Assembly (NCBI GenBank): GCA_040954595.2
Contig: CM082594.2
Location: 1-22,107, forward strand
DNA from: Balanoglossus misakiensis
Lineage: Eukaryota > Animalia > Hemichordata
Length of the DNA: 22,107 nt
Direction: 5' to 3'
Part shown: positions 19,513-22,107 of the stretch, one piece after another
How the letters are laid out: every line of letters starts with the position of its first letter
How positions within the stretch are numbered: position 1 is the first letter of the stretch
Position numbers and translations under genes: made by a program
Notes under the pieces: generated by a model
Databases searched by the model: none
The model's input: the letters and a program-made list of their open reading frames with translations, nothing else
What the model was told of the DNA's origin: nothing

Positions 19513-22107
19513 TCAACTCAGATTTCCTACAGCATAAGTCGGCTAAAACCCTGACACTCTAGAGCAGAAACAGTTGCACACTGATAACGTTGAACAAGTC
19601 GATTTTTCTACGGCCTGGCACGGCTAAATCTCGTCACAATATGACAGACACTAGCGTACGTTAGCAACGGTGATCAAGTCAGATTTTCAACGGCATGGGT
19701 TGGATAAAGCCCCGGCACTCTAGAGCAGAAACACGCGTACAGAGACCACGTTGATCAAGTCTGATCTCCTACGGCTTGGCTCGACTAAAACCCCGGCACA
19801 CTATGACAGACACTAGCGTTCGTTAGCAACGTTGATCAAGTCAGATTTCCTACGGCATGGCTTTGCTAAAGCCCTGACACTCTAGAGCAGAAACACGCGT
19901 ACAGAGACCACGTTGATCTACTCACATTTCCTTCGGCCTGGCACGGCTGATGCCCCGGCACTATATATAGGACACAGACTGGCGTAAGTTAACAACGGTA
20001 ATCACGTCGGGTTTCCTACGGCCTGGCTCAGCTGAAGCCCCGGCACTCTAGAGCAGAAACAGGCGTACATTGACCACGTTGATCAAGTCAGATTTCCTAC
20101 GGCGTGACTCGGCTGGTGCACCGGCTCTATATGACACAGACTGGCGTAAGTTATCAACGGTGATTACGTCGGATTTCCTACGGCCTAGTTTAGCTGAAGC
20201 CCCGGCACTTTAGAGCGGAAACACGCGTACATTGACCACGATGATCAAGTCAGATCTCCTACGGCCTGGCTCGACTAAAACCCCGGCACACCATGACAGA
20301 CACTAGCGTTCGTTAGCAACGGTGATCAAGTCGGATTTCCTTCGGCCTGGCTCTGCAAAAGACCCGACACTCTAGTACAAAGACGTTGGCTAAGTCGGGC
20401 AAACCGAACAGGGAAAGTCACAGCGGGTCAACACTCGACATTTGTTCCGGTAGGACTGCTTTATTGCCTGTCAATTTATAGAGAAAGCCCGAATTTAACC
20501 AGGGCGTTTCAAACACCGACGTTAGTTGGGGGCACGGCCTGCAGTACTGCCGGGTAAGCTGACATCAGCGTACCGCATATAATGTAGGGGGGGGGGGGGG
20601 ACAGAACGGTTAAATACTACATTATCAGATATCAGCTAATTTTGGACAATCATCTAAAATGTAAATCATCTTTTCATATTTGGATATCTGATGATGTATG
20701 AAATTTCCAATATATGTAAAAATGGTGCTGATTATAAAAAATGCACTCTGAATGAGCTGATTTAATACAAAATTGCGTTTTATTCATTTTTGCACCAAAA
20801 AGGTCATTTTTAGGCAAAACATTCTTTATTTTTTCAATTCGGTGACCTGATCATATATAAGCAATTGCTTGCATGTTAAAAGTTTTTATGACTTTTAAAA
20901 GCAGTGACACTGGCGGCATTCAACACGAAAATAACAATTTTAACCACAATTTGGTCAAAATGGTAAATTTTTGAAAATTACAAAAAATACCTGTTTTCTA
21001 CATTTTCGGAAATCTGATGGAGTATAGAATGCTCTTCGTATATATATATATCGATACAAATTCCACAAAAGACCGTCTAATTTGGCTCACTGCAGACAAA
21101 ATTGCGTTTTACCAAATTTTCCTTGAAAATGTCATTTTTAGAAAAATAAAATAAAAAAACCTTCGTTCTTCGAATTTTGTGCCCTGATCATATATGATAT
21201 GTTGATTGTATGTTAAAACTTTCGACCACTCCAAAAATGCAGAGATATTGACGGAATTCAAGAAAAAATAGCCATTTTGGCCATATTTTGACAAAATGGT
21301 ACATTTTTAAAAATCATAAAAAATAAACTCTTTTCTTGATTTTCGGAAATATTATGGAGCATGAAGTGTCGTTCTCTTGTAAAAAGTGCTGCAAATTCCA
21401 GAAAATGTGGTATAATTTGAATTACCCAAGACAAAATTACCATTTTCGACATGTTTTCGAAAAATTGTCTTTTTTACAAAATAAATAAGAATAAATTCTT
21501 TTCTTAGTTTCAAACGGGTAGGGATACTTTCCACACGGGTTTTCTAACATTGAATTCCCGTTCATCAACTCAGATTTCCTACAGCATAAGTCGGCTAAAA
21601 CCCTGACACTCTAGAGCAGAAACAGTTGCACACTGGTAACGTTGAACAAGTCGATTTTTCTACGACCTGGCTCGGCTAAATCTCCGTCACAATATGACAG
21701 ACACTAGCGTACGTTAGCAACGGTGATCAAGTCAGATTTTCTACGGCATGGCTTGGATAAAGCCCCGGCACTCTAGAGCAAAAACACGCGTACAGAGATC
21801 ACGTTGATCAAGTCTGATCTCCTACGGCTTGGCTCGACTAAAACCCCGGCACACTATGACAGACACTAGCGTTCGTTAGCAACGTTGATCAAGTCAGATT
21901 TCCTACGGCATGGCTTTGCTAAAGCCCTGACACTCTAGAGCAGAAACACGCGTACAGAGACCACGTTGATCTACTCACATTTCCTTCGGCCTGGCACGGC
22001 TGATGCCCCGGCACTATATATAGGACACAGACTGGCGTAAGTTAACAACGGTAATCACGTCGGGTTTCCTACGGCCTGGCTCAGCTGAAGCCCCGGCACT
22101 CTAGAGC

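Larger units (their letters stand above)
14675..22107 (-). repeat. Composite satellite array, right section (~3.5 units, runs off the window end)
   Basis: Resumes in register after the insertion. GC-block starts at 15085, 17461, 19513 and 21565 (periods 2376, 2052, 2052). Poly-G at 16486, 18535 and 20587. Confidence 0.97.

Noticed and set aside
162-21534. Recurrent 60-90 aa ORFs (MSKYGQNG..., MNRSVPPPP..., MESISTRL..., MKFPLYVK...)
   Set aside because: They recur only because the DNA repeats. Many start at non-ATG codons, are F/K/I-biased from A/T runs, shift frame between copies with homopolymer changes, and resemble no protein I recognise.

Overview
Non-coding eukaryotic (probably animal) repetitive DNA. 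I find no credible protein-coding gene, RNA gene or CRISPR array. About 19.3 kb is a composite tandem array with a ~2,052-bp higher-order unit. Each unit has three parts: a GC/CpG-rich block of ~81-bp monomers alternating as a 162-bp dimer (normally 10 plus a partial), a ~270-bp unique segment with a poly-G tract, and an AT-rich block of degenerate ~168/335-bp repeats. The array is structurally variable: it flips orientation at ~2830 through a junction containing a 44-bp templated insert, and includes shortened units (1,056, ~1,880 and two of ~1,525 bp) and one expanded unit (~2,376 bp). It is interrupted at ~11917-14674 by a 2.76-kb insertion that resolves into two related non-autonomous Helentron-like (HINE/Helitron2-type) elements, one nested inside the other's microsatellite, each with its own co-varying subterminal repeats and hairpins. 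All ORFs in the supplied track look spurious. Coordinates were counted by eye and may be off by a few bases.
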